Origin: a virus | Direction: 5' to 3' (one strand) | Length of the DNA: 64,000 nucleotides | Virus record (IMG/VR): IMGVR_UViG_3300032092_000005 | Coordinates: 32,001-96,000 of that record | Part shown: piece by piece, positions 33,996 through 44,283 of the stretch | Position numbering within the stretch: the stretch's first letter is position 1 | Layout: every line of letters starts with the position of its first letter | The notes under the pieces: generated by a model | The model's input: only the letters and a program-made list of their open reading frames with translations | Told to the model about the DNA's origin: nothing | The model's database searches: none | Program-made: the position numbers and the translations under genes

Positions 33996-36900
33996 ATCTA
34001 TACAAATAATTATATCCAAAAGTAGAAGAGACTGAGCGTTCAGTGCTTCCTATGATAGGATGTGAATACGTATCTCTTACGTTATCACTACCCGAACCGC
34101 CATTAATATTGGTAGATGTTACTGAAGAATTGTCTACGTATGTCGTAGGAGAAAATAGTGTTCCTCCGCCACTAATCGCACTAGTAGAATTTCCACCCGA
34201 GACTGTTCCTCCAGAAACAGGAATTACAGTGATATTATTTGTTCCAGTGCCGCCCATAGCCTTTACTACATTTCGAGATGCTGTATATCCTGTAAGAGAT
34301 GCAGTGCCGAAATTAGTTGATCCTGCAAGTGATGCCGATGAAACTGCTGCACCAGAAACTGGTGCTTTTAGGTCGGCAAGAGAACTTGATAGTGATGCAT
34401 TCTTTGTAGCAGCATCGCCTGGTTTGTCCTGATATTTTTGTGCAGATATCGACTTAGATACACTCTCTTCATACGCAACTGCTTCTTTCGTCAATTTTAC
34501 ATATCTTAAACGATTAGCTTCTGTAGGATTAGCTAGATATGTTGCATATGCCTCGTCTTTAATTTTTCTATATGCATCTTTTTTCTCTTGCAATTTTGTA
34601 TCTTTAGTAACGTCTGTCAACTCTGCGCCTAATCCTGTATCTTTTGCTATTCTATCCAATTCTTCTTTTGCTAATTTTAAGTTTAAAGCAACTTTTTCTT
34701 TGTCTGTATAAAACTTGTTAAAGTAGTCGGTCATGTACTTCTGATAAGCTTCTTTACCACCAAAATCTGTTATAAGTTTATCTGCTTGCTCTGCCCGAAG
34801 AATTGCATCTGTATTATTAGCAAGCTGAACGTTCAATTCATCGCCTTCACCATATGCTACAGTCTTATATACAGCAGCCTGAGCAGCAGTTCCAGGATTG
34901 TAAATATATGGGTTCGTGCCGCCGCCCTTGCCGAAGCCGGAGTATCGAATATTAAGTCCTGGTCGAAGTTGACGGCTTGCTCCCTTGCCGAAGCCCGTGG
35001 TGATATAGTCATCATCGGTGATTGCTCTGCTCGACGGCGCCACAGCGCCCACGGCAGCAGAAACTAATTGCTGATATGTGCCATAAAAATCTGCATTAGT
35101 TACTTTACCAGAAGCGATTCCCTGTGCGCGTAATGCTTCTACATTAAAACCTGTAGGTAGCATACTGTTTGCATAATCTCCTGCAATCGCACCGACACCT
35201 AAACCAAAAGTATCGCCGTATCCCAACATCTTACTAGCAGTGCCTGCAATTGAATAAGATGTTGCTAGGCGATTCATTGCGCCTATAGAATCTTCTCCTT
35301 CTAGTTTAAATCTTTCAAATATTGGAAACACACTCGTCAACATTCCATTATTGAATGTCTTCAGCGTGTCTAACAACATCTGATTTTGTTCTTCTATAGA
35401 CTTTTCAAAAAATTCTAGTTGTATAGATTGCGTAAAATCTTCAAACTTTTGAGATGTTGTTAATCCTAGTATTGTAGTCGCCTTTTTCATGTTAGCGAGA
35501 TTGTCGTCTACATCTTTCATTAATGCTTCTGCTACTTTAGGATCAACACCAAAATTAGTTCTGGTATTTCTATCGCTAGAGTACATACCACCCTTTTCAC
35601 GCATGTTCTTATAGCCCTGCAATGAAGTGCCAGAACCGCCTGCTTCTTTGGATGCTCCAAGAGTGCCTTCAATTCCTATATTTGTAAGGTATGGTGCACT
35701 TCGGCCGAACAAACGATTGACTGCTGCGCCAATAAGACCAGCGCCGATTGGACCTAAAGGCGTCAGGCCACCAATGAAAGTAGCAATATCCGCTACGCCT
35801 TTCATATCACCATCTAATGTGTATCCGCCGGAGAGCGCACCAGATATACTCATAGCGCCCATGCCAGCGCCAACGGCTCCTAAAACTGAACCCGCTTGTA
35901 TAGCAGCATTGCTTCCTGCAAATGCGTCCATCACATTTCCATAAGCACTTAATCCGGGCGACGATAGTCCAAGTCCAATGTCACCGATAACTGTTCCGGA
36001 GGCGCCGCCTATCATATTGCCAAGCCCTATCACACCTCTCTGCAATAATGCTCCTGGAGCTAGTCTAGCAATCGTTTGTTCTAATCCAACACCACCAGAA
36101 GTTATTAGGTTTTTAATTATTGCATTAATACCAGTCTGAGCATAGACACCACTTAGACTATCTGTTTTCACCCCTAAAGCGTTTCCAATAAATTTACCGC
36201 CAAGATTTGATAAGAAGTCTCCACCAGCAGCAGCGCCACCTTTACCTCCTGTTATCATGTTGCCAATTCTACCTAAGAAAGAATCGCCGCCTCCACCACC
36301 ACCCGGAGCACTACTCATAATTCCGCCAGCATCGCGGCTACCCCAGCCAGCAAGATCAGTGCCACTTGCGCCTGAACCAGTAAGAGCACCAAAAATTGTG
36401 CCTAAAATTCCACCACCACTACCACCTGCGCCGCTGCCACTACCGCTAACATTTGCATTAAAGTTTCTACCAGCTTCACCTACACCATAAACAAATTCTT
36501 GTGCAGCAGCAGTAGCGCCTGCAACCTGAATTTGTGCATTTTGAGTTGCTGCATTTTGATTAATAATACCAGCGTTTGTTGCAGAAACTTCTGCGGCTGA
36601 TACTCCAGAAGTCGATCCCATGTTGAACAATGGGGAGAATGGCTTTGATGTAATACCCGCAAGACTCTTAGAAAAGTTATTAATGCCTTGTTCATATCCA
36701 AATGCACTTCTAAGGTCGGTAGAGATGCCCGTCATGCCATATAATAAGTCTGACCAACCCATGCCTTCATTGCCAGAAGCAAAGTTGTTCAGCGAACGAT
36801 TCATTTGATCACTACTCATTCCCAATACAGGAGCTAATACGCTACCAACTAATTGATTACCGTAACTTCCTGCAAGTTGCGTGAATATTGAACCAATTCC

Positions 36901-39900
36901 TCTACCAGCTTCTTTACCGAATATTTGAGTAGCTAAATTATTCATAGGTTCAGCTAAGAATTTATTTGCTATATTTCCACCAGCATTAGTAGTAGCAGCA
37001 GTGCCTGTAACTCCCATAGGAATTGCAGCAGTCAACATATTTCTGTAATTATTTTCTAGGGTTTGTCTAAATTGTTTTTCTAGACCATCACGCTCATTTC
37101 TATACTTCTTATTTTCAGCATCTACCTTTTCACGATAGACTTGCTGAGCCTTCATCTCATCCAGTTGAGCTTGAGATAGAACAGGAGTTTGAATATTAGC
37201 TTTAGTAACTTCATCCTGTATTGCTTTTTGTACAGGATCCATAGCTCCCTGCGCAACAATTACAGGATCATCTTTTCTGCCAGTTGGCGCATCACTTGGA
37301 GAGTTTACATTACTATTACTTTCTTCATTGCCATAATTAAAATAATTGCCGCCTGATGCTTTAGACAATTGTGCAACAATTACAGGATCATCTTTTCTGC
37401 CAGTTGGCGCATCACTTGGAGAGTTTACATTACTATTACGTCTTTCATTGCCATAATTAGAATAATTACCGCCGGCACTGCTTGATGATGCTTTAGAAAG
37501 TTGTGCCAATACACTAGCAGAATTTTTTGCCATTGCAGCACGATTTTCACCAGTCTGATAAGGACTTGCTGGACGTTCTATTTCTGTAGTGAAATACTTA
37601 GTAGCATCTGATAGTGTTGTCGATCTTCTAAATCCTTCACCAAAACCAAATTCACCTTTAGCTTCTCTAATGATCAATGCAATGTTATTATCTGGATTCT
37701 TTAAATATTCTGAACTATATCCTTTTCCAAGTCCACCAGCAGTGTTTATCTGAAATAAACCAAAAGATGCTTCCTTAGAAGATACGTTACCCGCGTTTGG
37801 ATTTAATCTAGATTCTGCATACGCATTAACTACAGCCGCTTGTGCTTGAATATCACTAAATCCTGCACCAATAAATCCTTTATAGATTTTTTCTGCCATC
37901 GCAGTCTGTTGCGGAGTAAGATTTGATAATTGACCCGAATAGTCTGGAGAAACTGGAGAAACTACATAAGGAGTAAGTGATGAAGATGCACCAGATGATG
38001 ATGCTCCAGCAGTATCTACTTTAGGTTTGTTAGCGATAGCTTTATTAGCTAATCTTGTACTTTCATCATAATTATCATTTACTGTAGCTCTTTCTGCATC
38101 AAGTTTACCTTGTGCAGGATTTGCCATAGGAGTGTATGTATCTTTTTGGAATGTTTTTGGTATAAATTCAGTCTTCTGATAGTTTTGACTAAACTTTTGT
38201 GCAACATATTCTTTATATACTTTTTTTGGAGCTTCTGCTTCAGCTTTAGTTTCAGATATAAACTTTTTTATGCTATCAGTCTTTGCAATATCAGGAATAA
38301 ATTTATCTGCTAACTCAGCAACTTTCTTTCTTGTAGAAAGTAACGCGCTATCTATAATATTTCCAATATCAAAGAATAGTTTACCCACAAAATTTTGTAC
38401 AACAGTTATAGTACTACTAACGCTATCGTATATTTTACCTAGAGTTTCGCTGCCTTTTATATAATTACTAATGCCATTAACAAGTTTACCAAAAGCATTA
38501 CTCATATCAACTCCGAGTTGACCGAAATAATTTGATATGTCTACACCCACTTCACCTAAAAAATTTCTAACCCGAATGTCCATTGCCTCATCCAGCATTG
38601 AAGCATGTTTGATATCTTCTTTAGCTGCGGCAAAATCTCCACTCATTACATTTCCTATTGCGCTCCAGTAATCTCCTAAATATGCACCGAGATCGCGGAA
38701 ATATCGAGTAACTGCCGTAGTAGCTCTTTGCTGATATGTGCCCTTTCCTTCATCTTTGGTTTGTTTTACATAATCAGTATTAAATACCCAATCAGAAATT
38801 TGTTGTCCAACATCTATTAGTCCACCAGTAAACGAAGCAACACCTCCACCTATAAATGCGGCTGCCCTATCTTTAATTGTAACTTCTCTTACATTTAAAT
38901 CTTTCTTTATTTGCTTAGTATCGAATGCTGAGAATAAACCTTCTACAGCAAATATTATAAGGTCTAAGAACGGTATTAATTTTCCAAAAGATTTAAGTGC
39001 CTTTGTTAATTGTGGAAATTGAACTGCAAGTCTTTCAAAAATTCCAGCGCCTTCTCCACCCATACCAAAAATATTTTTTATCCAACCAATTATATCATCG
39101 AACGATTTGGTAATATAAACTTTAGCAGACTCTAGCATTGGAGTTACATCTTTAAATATACCCGAAAATATACCAAAAAATGATGTCACCAATTTACCAA
39201 TTGCGCTTTCTTTAACAAATAAAGTGGCGCTATCAACAAGTTCACCAAATGTTTTAAATAAATTTTTGAATGAATTTATCTTCTCATCAAAAAGGCCAGC
39301 TACTTCATCAAACTTAAAGAAGTCTTTTAGTTTAGAAATTTTCTCGTCAAAGAAATCACCTATTGCTTCAAACTTAAAGAAGTCTTTTAGTTTAGAAATT
39401 TTCTCGTCAAAGAAATCACCTATTGCTTCAAACTTAAAGAAGTCTTTTAGTTTAGAAATTTTCTCGTCAAAGAAAGCACCTATTGCTTCAAACTTAAAGA
39501 AGTCTTTTAGTTTAGAAATTTTCTCGTCAAAGAAAGCACCTATTTCATCTACTCTCAGGACCTTTTTAAAATCTTCTATAAATTTGCCAATAGTCTTAGA
39601 TGTTTCTGGAAACAATTCACTAAATGCTGTAAATATCTTTCCAGGCAGTTCTTTGAAGAACAAAAAGATATCGTCTAGTTTAAGTGCTTCCCTTAATTTT
39701 GCAAACTTTTCAGCAAGAAAAGCACCTATTTCTTCTATTCTGAAGAATTTTTTAAAATCATCTACAAATTTTGCAATAGCTTTAGTTGTTTCAGGAAATA
39801 TTGCACTAAAAGATTTAAACAATCTACCAGGCAATTCTGTAAAGAATTTAATTAGGTTCTTAAATCCTTCTATTACATTAACTGGCAGTTCTTTGAAGAA

Positions 39901-40518
39901 TTTAATTAGGTTCTTAAGGCCTGCCATTAAATTGTCTGGCAGTTCTTTGAAGAATTTAATAAGATTTTTAATACCCGTCATTAATAGACCAGGTAATTCT
40001 GTGAAAAATTTAATAAGATATTTAAATGCAGCCAATAAGGATTCTTTAAGTCCTTTAAATATATCACCTAAAGTATCAAAAAATGTTTTTGTTTTCTTAC
40101 CGTCGGCTAATGCGTCTGCTGCTTTTGCGGCGCCAGCACCGGCGGTAGCGGCAGGTAATACTGCATTTAAAAGTTTCTTTAAAGGAGAATCTTCAACTTT
40201 GTCTTTGTTTACATTATTTAAACTAAGCGCAAGCATTCTCTTAAGAGTATTATCAATACTATGCAGAGTTCCCAACATATCGCTAGTAACTTTTTTCTGC
40301 TCATTAGCATTTTCTTCTGCAAACTGTCTATCTTGTTGACGTTGAGCAAAATCTCTTTTTTGCATTGTCACTTGACTAGCCATGACACTTTGAATGCCCT
40401 TCATAGCAAGGCCAAAACCAGCAGGATTAGCAGACATAAAGGCGCCCTTTATGCCTGCTCCAAAGCCTGACATTGATTTTTGTATACTACCAGCGAGTTT
40501 AGATGTTAGATCAGCCAT
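33994..40518 (-). CDS. tape-measure/gp29-like protein with phage tail lysozyme domain
   Basis: 2174 aa, amphipathic repeats, NAYAES.LNP..GLFQ..FTTEIERP lysozyme motif; follows gp26/gp51. Confidence 0.7.
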   Translation of the reverse strand: MADLTSKLAGSIQKSMSGFGAGIKGAFMSANPAGFGLAMKGIQSVMASQVTMQKRDFAQRQQDRQFAEENANEQKKVTSDMLGTLHSIDNTLKRMLALSLNNVNKDKVEDSPLKKLLNAVLPAATAGAGAAKAADALADGKKTKTFFDTLGDIFKGLKESLLAAFKYLIKFFTELPGLLMTGIKNLIKFFKELPDNLMAGLKNLIKFFKELPVNVIEGFKNLIKFFTELPGRLFKSFSAIFPETTKAIAKFVDDFKKFFRIEEIGAFLAEKFAKLREALKLDDIFLFFKELPGKIFTAFSELFPETSKTIGKFIEDFKKVLRVDEIGAFFDEKISKLKDFFKFEAIGAFFDEKISKLKDFFKFEAIGDFFDEKISKLKDFFKFEAIGDFFDEKISKLKDFFKFDEVAGLFDEKINSFKNLFKTFGELVDSATLFVKESAIGKLVTSFFGIFSGIFKDVTPMLESAKVYITKSFDDIIGWIKNIFGMGGEGAGIFERLAVQFPQLTKALKSFGKLIPFLDLIIFAVEGLFSAFDTKQIKKDLNVREVTIKDRAAAFIGGGVASFTGGLIDVGQQISDWVFNTDYVKQTKDEGKGTYQQRATTAVTRYFRDLGAYLGDYWSAIGNVMSGDFAAAKEDIKHASMLDEAMDIRVRNFLGEVGVDISNYFGQLGVDMSNAFGKLVNGISNYIKGSETLGKIYDSVSSTITVVQNFVGKLFFDIGNIIDSALLSTRKKVAELADKFIPDIAKTDSIKKFISETKAEAEAPKKVYKEYVAQKFSQNYQKTEFIPKTFQKDTYTPMANPAQGKLDAERATVNDNYDESTRLANKAIANKPKVDTAGASSSGASSSLTPYVVSPVSPDYSGQLSNLTPQQTAMAEKIYKGFIGAGFSDIQAQAAVVNAYAESRLNPNAGNVSSKEASFGLFQINTAGGLGKGYSSEYLKNPDNNIALIIREAKGEFGFGEGFRRSTTLSDATKYFTTEIERPASPYQTGENRAAMAKNSASVLAQLSKASSSSAGGNYSNYGNERRNSNVNSPSDAPTGRKDDPVIVAQLSKASGGNYFNYGNEESNSNVNSPSDAPTGRKDDPVIVAQGAMDPVQKAIQDEVTKANIQTPVLSQAQLDEMKAQQVYREKVDAENKKYRNERDGLEKQFRQTLENNYRNMLTAAIPMGVTGTAATTNAGGNIANKFLAEPMNNLATQIFGKEAGRGIGSIFTQLAGSYGNQLVGSVLAPVLGMSSDQMNRSLNNFASGNEGMGWSDLLYGMTGISTDLRSAFGYEQGINNFSKSLAGITSKPFSPLFNMGSTSGVSAAEVSATNAGIINQNAATQNAQIQVAGATAAAQEFVYGVGEAGRNFNANVSGSGSGAGGSGGGILGTIFGALTGSGASGTDLAGWGSRDAGGIMSSAPGGGGGGDSFLGRIGNMITGGKGGAAAGGDFLSNLGGKFIGNALGVKTDSLSGVYAQTGINAIIKNLITSGGVGLEQTIARLAPGALLQRGVIGLGNMIGGASGTVIGDIGLGLSSPGLSAYGNVMDAFAGSNAAIQAGSVLGAVGAGMGAMSISGALSGGYTLDGDMKGVADIATFIGGLTPLGPIGAGLIGAAVNRLFGRSAPYLTNIGIEGTLGASKEAGGSGTSLQGYKNMREKGGMYSSDRNTRTNFGVDPKVAEALMKDVDDNLANMKKATTILGLTTSQKFEDFTQSIQLEFFEKSIEEQNQMLLDTLKTFNNGMLTSVFPIFERFKLEGEDSIGAMNRLATSYSIAGTASKMLGYGDTFGLGVGAIAGDYANSMLPTGFNVEALRAQGIASGKVTNADFYGTYQQLVSAAVGAVAPSSRAITDDDYITTGFGKGASRQLRPGLNIRYSGFGKGGGTNPYIYNPGTAAQAAVYKTVAYGEGDELNVQLANNTDAILRAEQADKLITDFGGKEAYQKYMTDYFNKFYTDKEKVALNLKLAKEELDRIAKDTGLGAELTDVTKDTKLQEKKDAYRKIKDEAYATYLANPTEANRLRYVKLTKEAVAYEESVSKSISAQKYQDKPGDAATKNASLSSSLADLKAPVSGAAVSSASLAGSTNFGTASLTGYTASRNVVKAMGGTGTNNITVIPVSGGTVSGGNSTSAISGGGTLFSPTTYVDNSSVTSTNINGGSGSDNVRDTYSHPIIGSTERSVSSTFGYNYLYR
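37251..37470. repeat. ~120-bp period direct duplication in tape measure gene
   Basis: NSNVNSPSDAPTGRKDDPVIVAQ occurs twice. Confidence 0.85.
39300..39545. repeat. 60-bp tandem repeat x4 (20 aa FFDEKISKLKDFFKFEAIG[A/D])
   Basis: consecutive 60-nt lines nearly identical. Confidence 0.95.
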
Positions 40519-40539
40519 TTTTCTCTTTTTTTATTGTTA

Positions 40540-40743
40540 TTATCTTCTAGAAGACCTAGCTTTTTGTTTGTTCTCATTATCTTTTTGTCTATCAGCTTCC
40601 TCTTTGATAAACTGCGCGAGTAATGTGATATATATTTCCCTCTCAAAAGGCATCATTTCTTCCAATTCTGTTAAACTGTATTTATGATGCTGTATCAATG
40701 CAAAGTTTGTCTTATAATGATTAATTAGACTATCATTTGACAA
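40540..40743 (-). CDS. 51: gp51-like baseplate hub/tail assembly chaperone
   Basis: NFALIQHHKYSLTELEEMMPFEREIY; TTG start without SD, possibly reached by frameshift. Confidence 0.8.
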   Translation of the reverse strand: MSNDSLINHYKTNFALIQHHKYSLTELEEMMPFEREIYITLLAQFIKEEADRQKDNENKQKARSSRR

Positions 40744-40745
40744 AC

Positions 40746-41486
40746 TTAACCGAAAAAACTTGTCATTCCCTCAAGTTCGATGTGTTCTTTGCATCCACAC
40801 TTAGAACATTTCCAATCAAAATCTTGTTTTAATTTTGGAATGGTTCCAAAGAATTCGGTTAGTTTTGCAAACTGGTCTTGATTTAAGTCATTAATGAATG
40901 TTAAAAGCTCGGCTCTAGAAGATTCTGAAGCTGGATAGACTGCTTCTGCATCAAAGATATAATCAATACTGTTACACACAATATCAACAATAGTATCTAT
41001 TTGTGATTTATCTTTTGAATCATTTGCTTTTGCAGACATTGATACTGTAGGATACTTTAATACAATGCCAATCTTAGACTCTTCATCCAACATAATCTTT
41101 GGACTATGTTTTGGATCTTTAACTACGTCAACATCCATCAAGTTTAATTTCAATGGTGTAGCGTGTGAGCATTCTACGCCCTCAGAGTTAATTCCATTTG
41201 GATGGCGAAGTTGAATATCAATAATTTCTCCAATAGATTTTGCTCTAAGTTTCAAGAAGAAAAACTCTAAATCGAACATAGGCATATCATCTACTTCAAT
41301 ATCATCGATTGAACAGTTGTTGATAATCTGTTTAATTGCTCTAAACATTTCTGTCGGCTCTTCACTTTCAAGTGCCATAAGCAATAGTTTCTGTTCCTTT
41401 ACTAAGAAAGGTCTGTATTTAACGGGTGCGCCGTTTGATGGTAAATTCAATTCAAAAATTGGTGATTTAATTTTAGGTAAAGCCAT
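40746..41486 (-). CDS. 26: gp26-like baseplate hub protein
   Basis: MALPK..P; YRPFLVKEQK.LLMA; DLE..FL.LRAKS.GE. Confidence 0.88.
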   Translation of the reverse strand: MALPKIKSPIFELNLPSNGAPVKYRPFLVKEQKLLLMALESEEPTEMFRAIKQIINNCSIDDIEVDDMPMFDLEFFFLKLRAKSIGEIIDIQLRHPNGINSEGVECSHATPLKLNLMDVDVVKDPKHSPKIMLDEESKIGIVLKYPTVSMSAKANDSKDKSQIDTIVDIVCNSIDYIFDAEAVYPASESSRAELLTFINDLNQDQFAKLTEFFGTIPKLKQDFDWKCSKCGCKEHIELEGMTSFFG

Positions 41487-41516
41487 AGTGTATTATCTCC
41501 GTTTGTTATAAAAAAA

Positions 41517-42185
41517 TTATACAGTATCAAAGATTGAATTGCTTGACAAATCAGGAAAACTTACTACATGATATCTATATGTCATTGTAACAGTAAATCT
41601 TTGGTACGTATTTTGTTCTTCCCATGATAAATTCATAGGACTCAATGCAATAGGATATGCATTCTGTAGGGTATATTTAGCCAATATTCTATTCGCATCA
41701 TTCAGTTGAAATATTCTCATTGATCCTTGAGCATAATCATCGTAATATCGAATAAGACCTGCGCTACTAGAAGCTTTGCCAGTCAAGTCCGTCGCATAAA
41801 CAATATTATCCATCCAAACTTCAAATATTCTTCTTTCATACATATCTTCTGAAGCGATAATAGTAAATGAGTGGTCTGCATATGTATTTTCGTATCCGAA
41901 TTTTAAATTTGGACCAAATGATGTAGTGTCGTCGGTTGTTGCGATTGTTCTTCCAGGCATTTCTGTAGATTCACATCTACATATAAATTTTGGAAGTACA
42001 TCAGATGATGGATTCAAAGGCATGTTCGAGAACCAATTTTGAAGTGTGCCGCCTCTTCTTGCTGATCCTTTAACTTGATCTCTTTTACCTATACCAAAAA
42101 TTGCAGAAGGCAAATCCATCTCTACAAAGAACATGTTAGGTCTTACGGGTACTACTTGTTGTTTAAATGTTGATATACTAAACAT
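41517..42185 (-). CDS. 54: gp54-like tail tube initiator
   Basis: RPN.F; C....PGR; AYPI......LSW; F.VT..Y. Confidence 0.7.
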   Translation of the reverse strand: MFSISTFKQQVVPVRPNMFFVEMDLPSAIFGIGKRDQVKGSARRGGTLQNWFSNMPLNPSSDVLPKFICRCESTEMPGRTIATTDDTTSFGPNLKFGYENTYADHSFTIIASEDMYERRIFEVWMDNIVYATDLTGKASSSAGLIRYYDDYAQGSMRIFQLNDANRILAKYTLQNAYPIALSPMNLSWEEQNTYQRFTVTMTYRYHVVSFPDLSSNSIFDTV

Positions 42186-42772
42186 TAGATTTTCTTTCTG
42201 CTGTCTGCCCAAACTTGTTGAGTAGTTGCTTTCTTAAACTTTTCTATTGGTAAAAATAGTGCTATATCCCATTCGACTGAAGTTATCTCTAAGAATGGTG
42301 ATTTTACATGATTGTATAAGTACTTTTTAATAGTAGGCTTATACTCTTTATATTTAGACGCAGCTTTTAGTAGACTGTAACTAATTTTTATCTTAGTCTT
42401 TTCATCATACTTCTTGTCCGTGACTGTAGAATATATTGCATTCATTAGTTTTGCACGAAGCATTGGTGGTAAATAATGAAAGTTAATACCCAAGAAGCCA
42501 TCTGGATGAAGTTCTACTGGAAATATTAGAGGAAATGTATCGTAATATGGCAATTCCATCTTCAATTTTGGATCATACTTGAATAAATACATCATTCCAG
42601 GTTCTAATTGAGCAACCTTTCTCTTTTGAGCGAAAGAGTTCATTACTTTGGACGTAGTTAATCCAGATAACTGACCAGCAGCATCTCGGTACCAATCTCT
42701 AGCTTCAGAAGTTCTAGCTGGCACTTGACCAGCTTGAATGCCTTGATATATAAGTTCTTTGAAAATTGTCAT
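42185..42772 (-). CDS. 2: DNA end protector gp2
   Basis: YDPK.K..LPYYD.FPL; GINFHYLP. Confidence 0.88.
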   Translation of the reverse strand: MTIFKELIYQGIQAGQVPARTSEARDWYRDAAGQLSGLTTSKVMNSFAQKRKVAQLEPGMMYLFKYDPKLKMELPYYDTFPLIFPVELHPDGFLGINFHYLPPMLRAKLMNAIYSTVTDKKYDEKTKIKISYSLLKAASKYKEYKPTIKKYLYNHVKSPFLEITSVEWDIALFLPIEKFKKATTQQVWADSRKKI

Positions 42773-42797
42773 AGAATTGTTTGTTGTTGTCTTCTAT

Positions 42798-43238
42798 TTA
42801 TGTCAATTCTTTCTCTGTCATCAACTTAAATTCCCAATTTTTGTCTTGGCAATACTTTATTGCAGCAGTCCATTTAGCTTGATTGACGCCCCAAGTCATC
42901 ACTTCATTCAAGAATCTACGAGTTGGTTTTGCTCCTGAGTTCAATCTTTTAGGCTCCATAGTCTGCGCAAGTGGTTTAACTTCAATTATTGATGCACGAA
43001 GTGTTCCATTAGCATCCTTATACTGAATCCAGAAGTCTGGAAAATATCTGTGCCAACGGTTATCTAGAGGTGATAAATAAGGTATAATTATCTCTTCTGA
43101 AGACCATTTGATGATAGAAGATGTAGTATCACAATACACCATAAATTTACGTTCCCATAAACTTCTGTAAGTAATTCCTGTGGGATCTCCATTGTATTTA
43201 GATGGATTTTTTGGTTTATATTTGCCCTTATACGCCAT
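42798..43238 (-). CDS. 4: head completion nuclease gp4
   Basis: NP.KY.GD...I.YRSLWE; WSSEE; RYFPDF; EVKP. Confidence 0.92.
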   Translation of the reverse strand: MAYKGKYKPKNPSKYNGDPTGITYRSLWERKFMVYCDTTSSIIKWSSEEIIIPYLSPLDNRWHRYFPDFWIQYKDANGTLRASIIEVKPLAQTMEPKRLNSGAKPTRRFLNEVMTWGVNQAKWTAAIKYCQDKNWEFKLMTEKELT

Positions 43239-43245
43239 AATGTTT

Positions 43246-43253
43246 TATAAATA
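43246..43253 (+). promoter_or_regulatory. T4-type late promoter
   Basis: TATAAATA upstream of gp48. Confidence 0.75.
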
Positions 43254-43274
43254 GTTAATTAAAAAGGATTTTAA

Positions 43275-44270
43275 ATGGCCACGACACAATTTCTTATGAC
43301 AATGGACACAGCAGGAGGCAGTACTTATCCTCAAGATGGAGCGACAACCTCAACCGCTGGCGCTGGTCAAAATATAGGAAGATATATTTCAGCAGGAATT
43401 CCAGATGGTACTAAATTAAAATTTCCGCAACAAACTGATTCATTTAACACACCATTTATTAAGTTTAATTTTTTAGATGCGTATGGTGATCTCATTTCAG
43501 GTTCTCCTATTATAAGTTTAAGAATGCCCAGTGTATTTAACATAAGTAGTTTTTCTGATTATTCTAGAGCAGATCAAATAATTGGCGACACCCGCGCAGA
43601 GAGTTTGTTTAATTTTGGTAAAACTGGTCTGGGAGAGCTTTCAGGCGCTGCAAGTGAAACAGTAGCTAATATGGCAGAAGCAATAAATTATTCAATTGCA
43701 AAGGGTATTGGTGGAGCTTTAGGTTTTATAGAATCTGCCGGACTTAGTGGTATCAATCAATTTGAGTTTGGTAGAAGACGAGCAGTAAATCCTATGGCAC
43801 AATTATTGTACAAAGGACCGCAGTATAGAAAATATCAAATTCCTGTACCTATGAAACCAAGAAATCAACTTGAAGCACAAGAAATTCAAAAAATAATTAA
43901 AACGTTTAGAGTCGCTTCTTCTCCATCGTATGCATCATCTAATGATTTAACCGTCGGAGACAGAACAGTAGCAACCACAATTGGTTCTGAAACTTCATTT
44001 ACATTTGGATATCCACACTTAGTTGCATTTACTATTGAATTTTTTAAAACTCCTGCCGACTCTGGCGACGGCGTAATACAACAACTATATAAAAGTAAAG
44101 CTTGCGTATTAGAATCTGTTGCTGTGGATTACGGCGGACAAAAACTTGCTTTTTTTGAGGATGGTATTCCTACAGAAATGAATTTAACACTTGCGTTGAG
44201 TGAAGTTACTGCAAGAACACTTGGTGATGAAATGACTAATAATCAAAATGCAAATTTTACAATCTTCTAA
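43275..44270 (+). CDS. 48: baseplate tail tube cap gp48
   Basis: NP...LY.GP..R; PRN..EA..I..I..FR; C.L..V.VDY; L.L.E. Confidence 0.75.
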   Translation: MATTQFLMTMDTAGGSTYPQDGATTSTAGAGQNIGRYISAGIPDGTKLKFPQQTDSFNTPFIKFNFLDAYGDLISGSPIISLRMPSVFNISSFSDYSRADQIIGDTRAESLFNFGKTGLGELSGAASETVANMAEAINYSIAKGIGGALGFIESAGLSGINQFEFGRRRAVNPMAQLLYKGPQYRKYQIPVPMKPRNQLEAQEIQKIIKTFRVASSPSYASSNDLTVGDRTVATTIGSETSFTFGYPHLVAFTIEFFKTPADSGDGVIQQLYKSKACVLESVAVDYGGQKLAFFEDGIPTEMNLTLALSEVTARTLGDEMTNNQNANFTIF

Positions 44271-44283
44271 TCAGTAATATTAT

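Noticed and set aside
39224-40339. 371-aa plus-strand ORF
   Set aside because: Antisense shadow of the repetitive tape-measure region.
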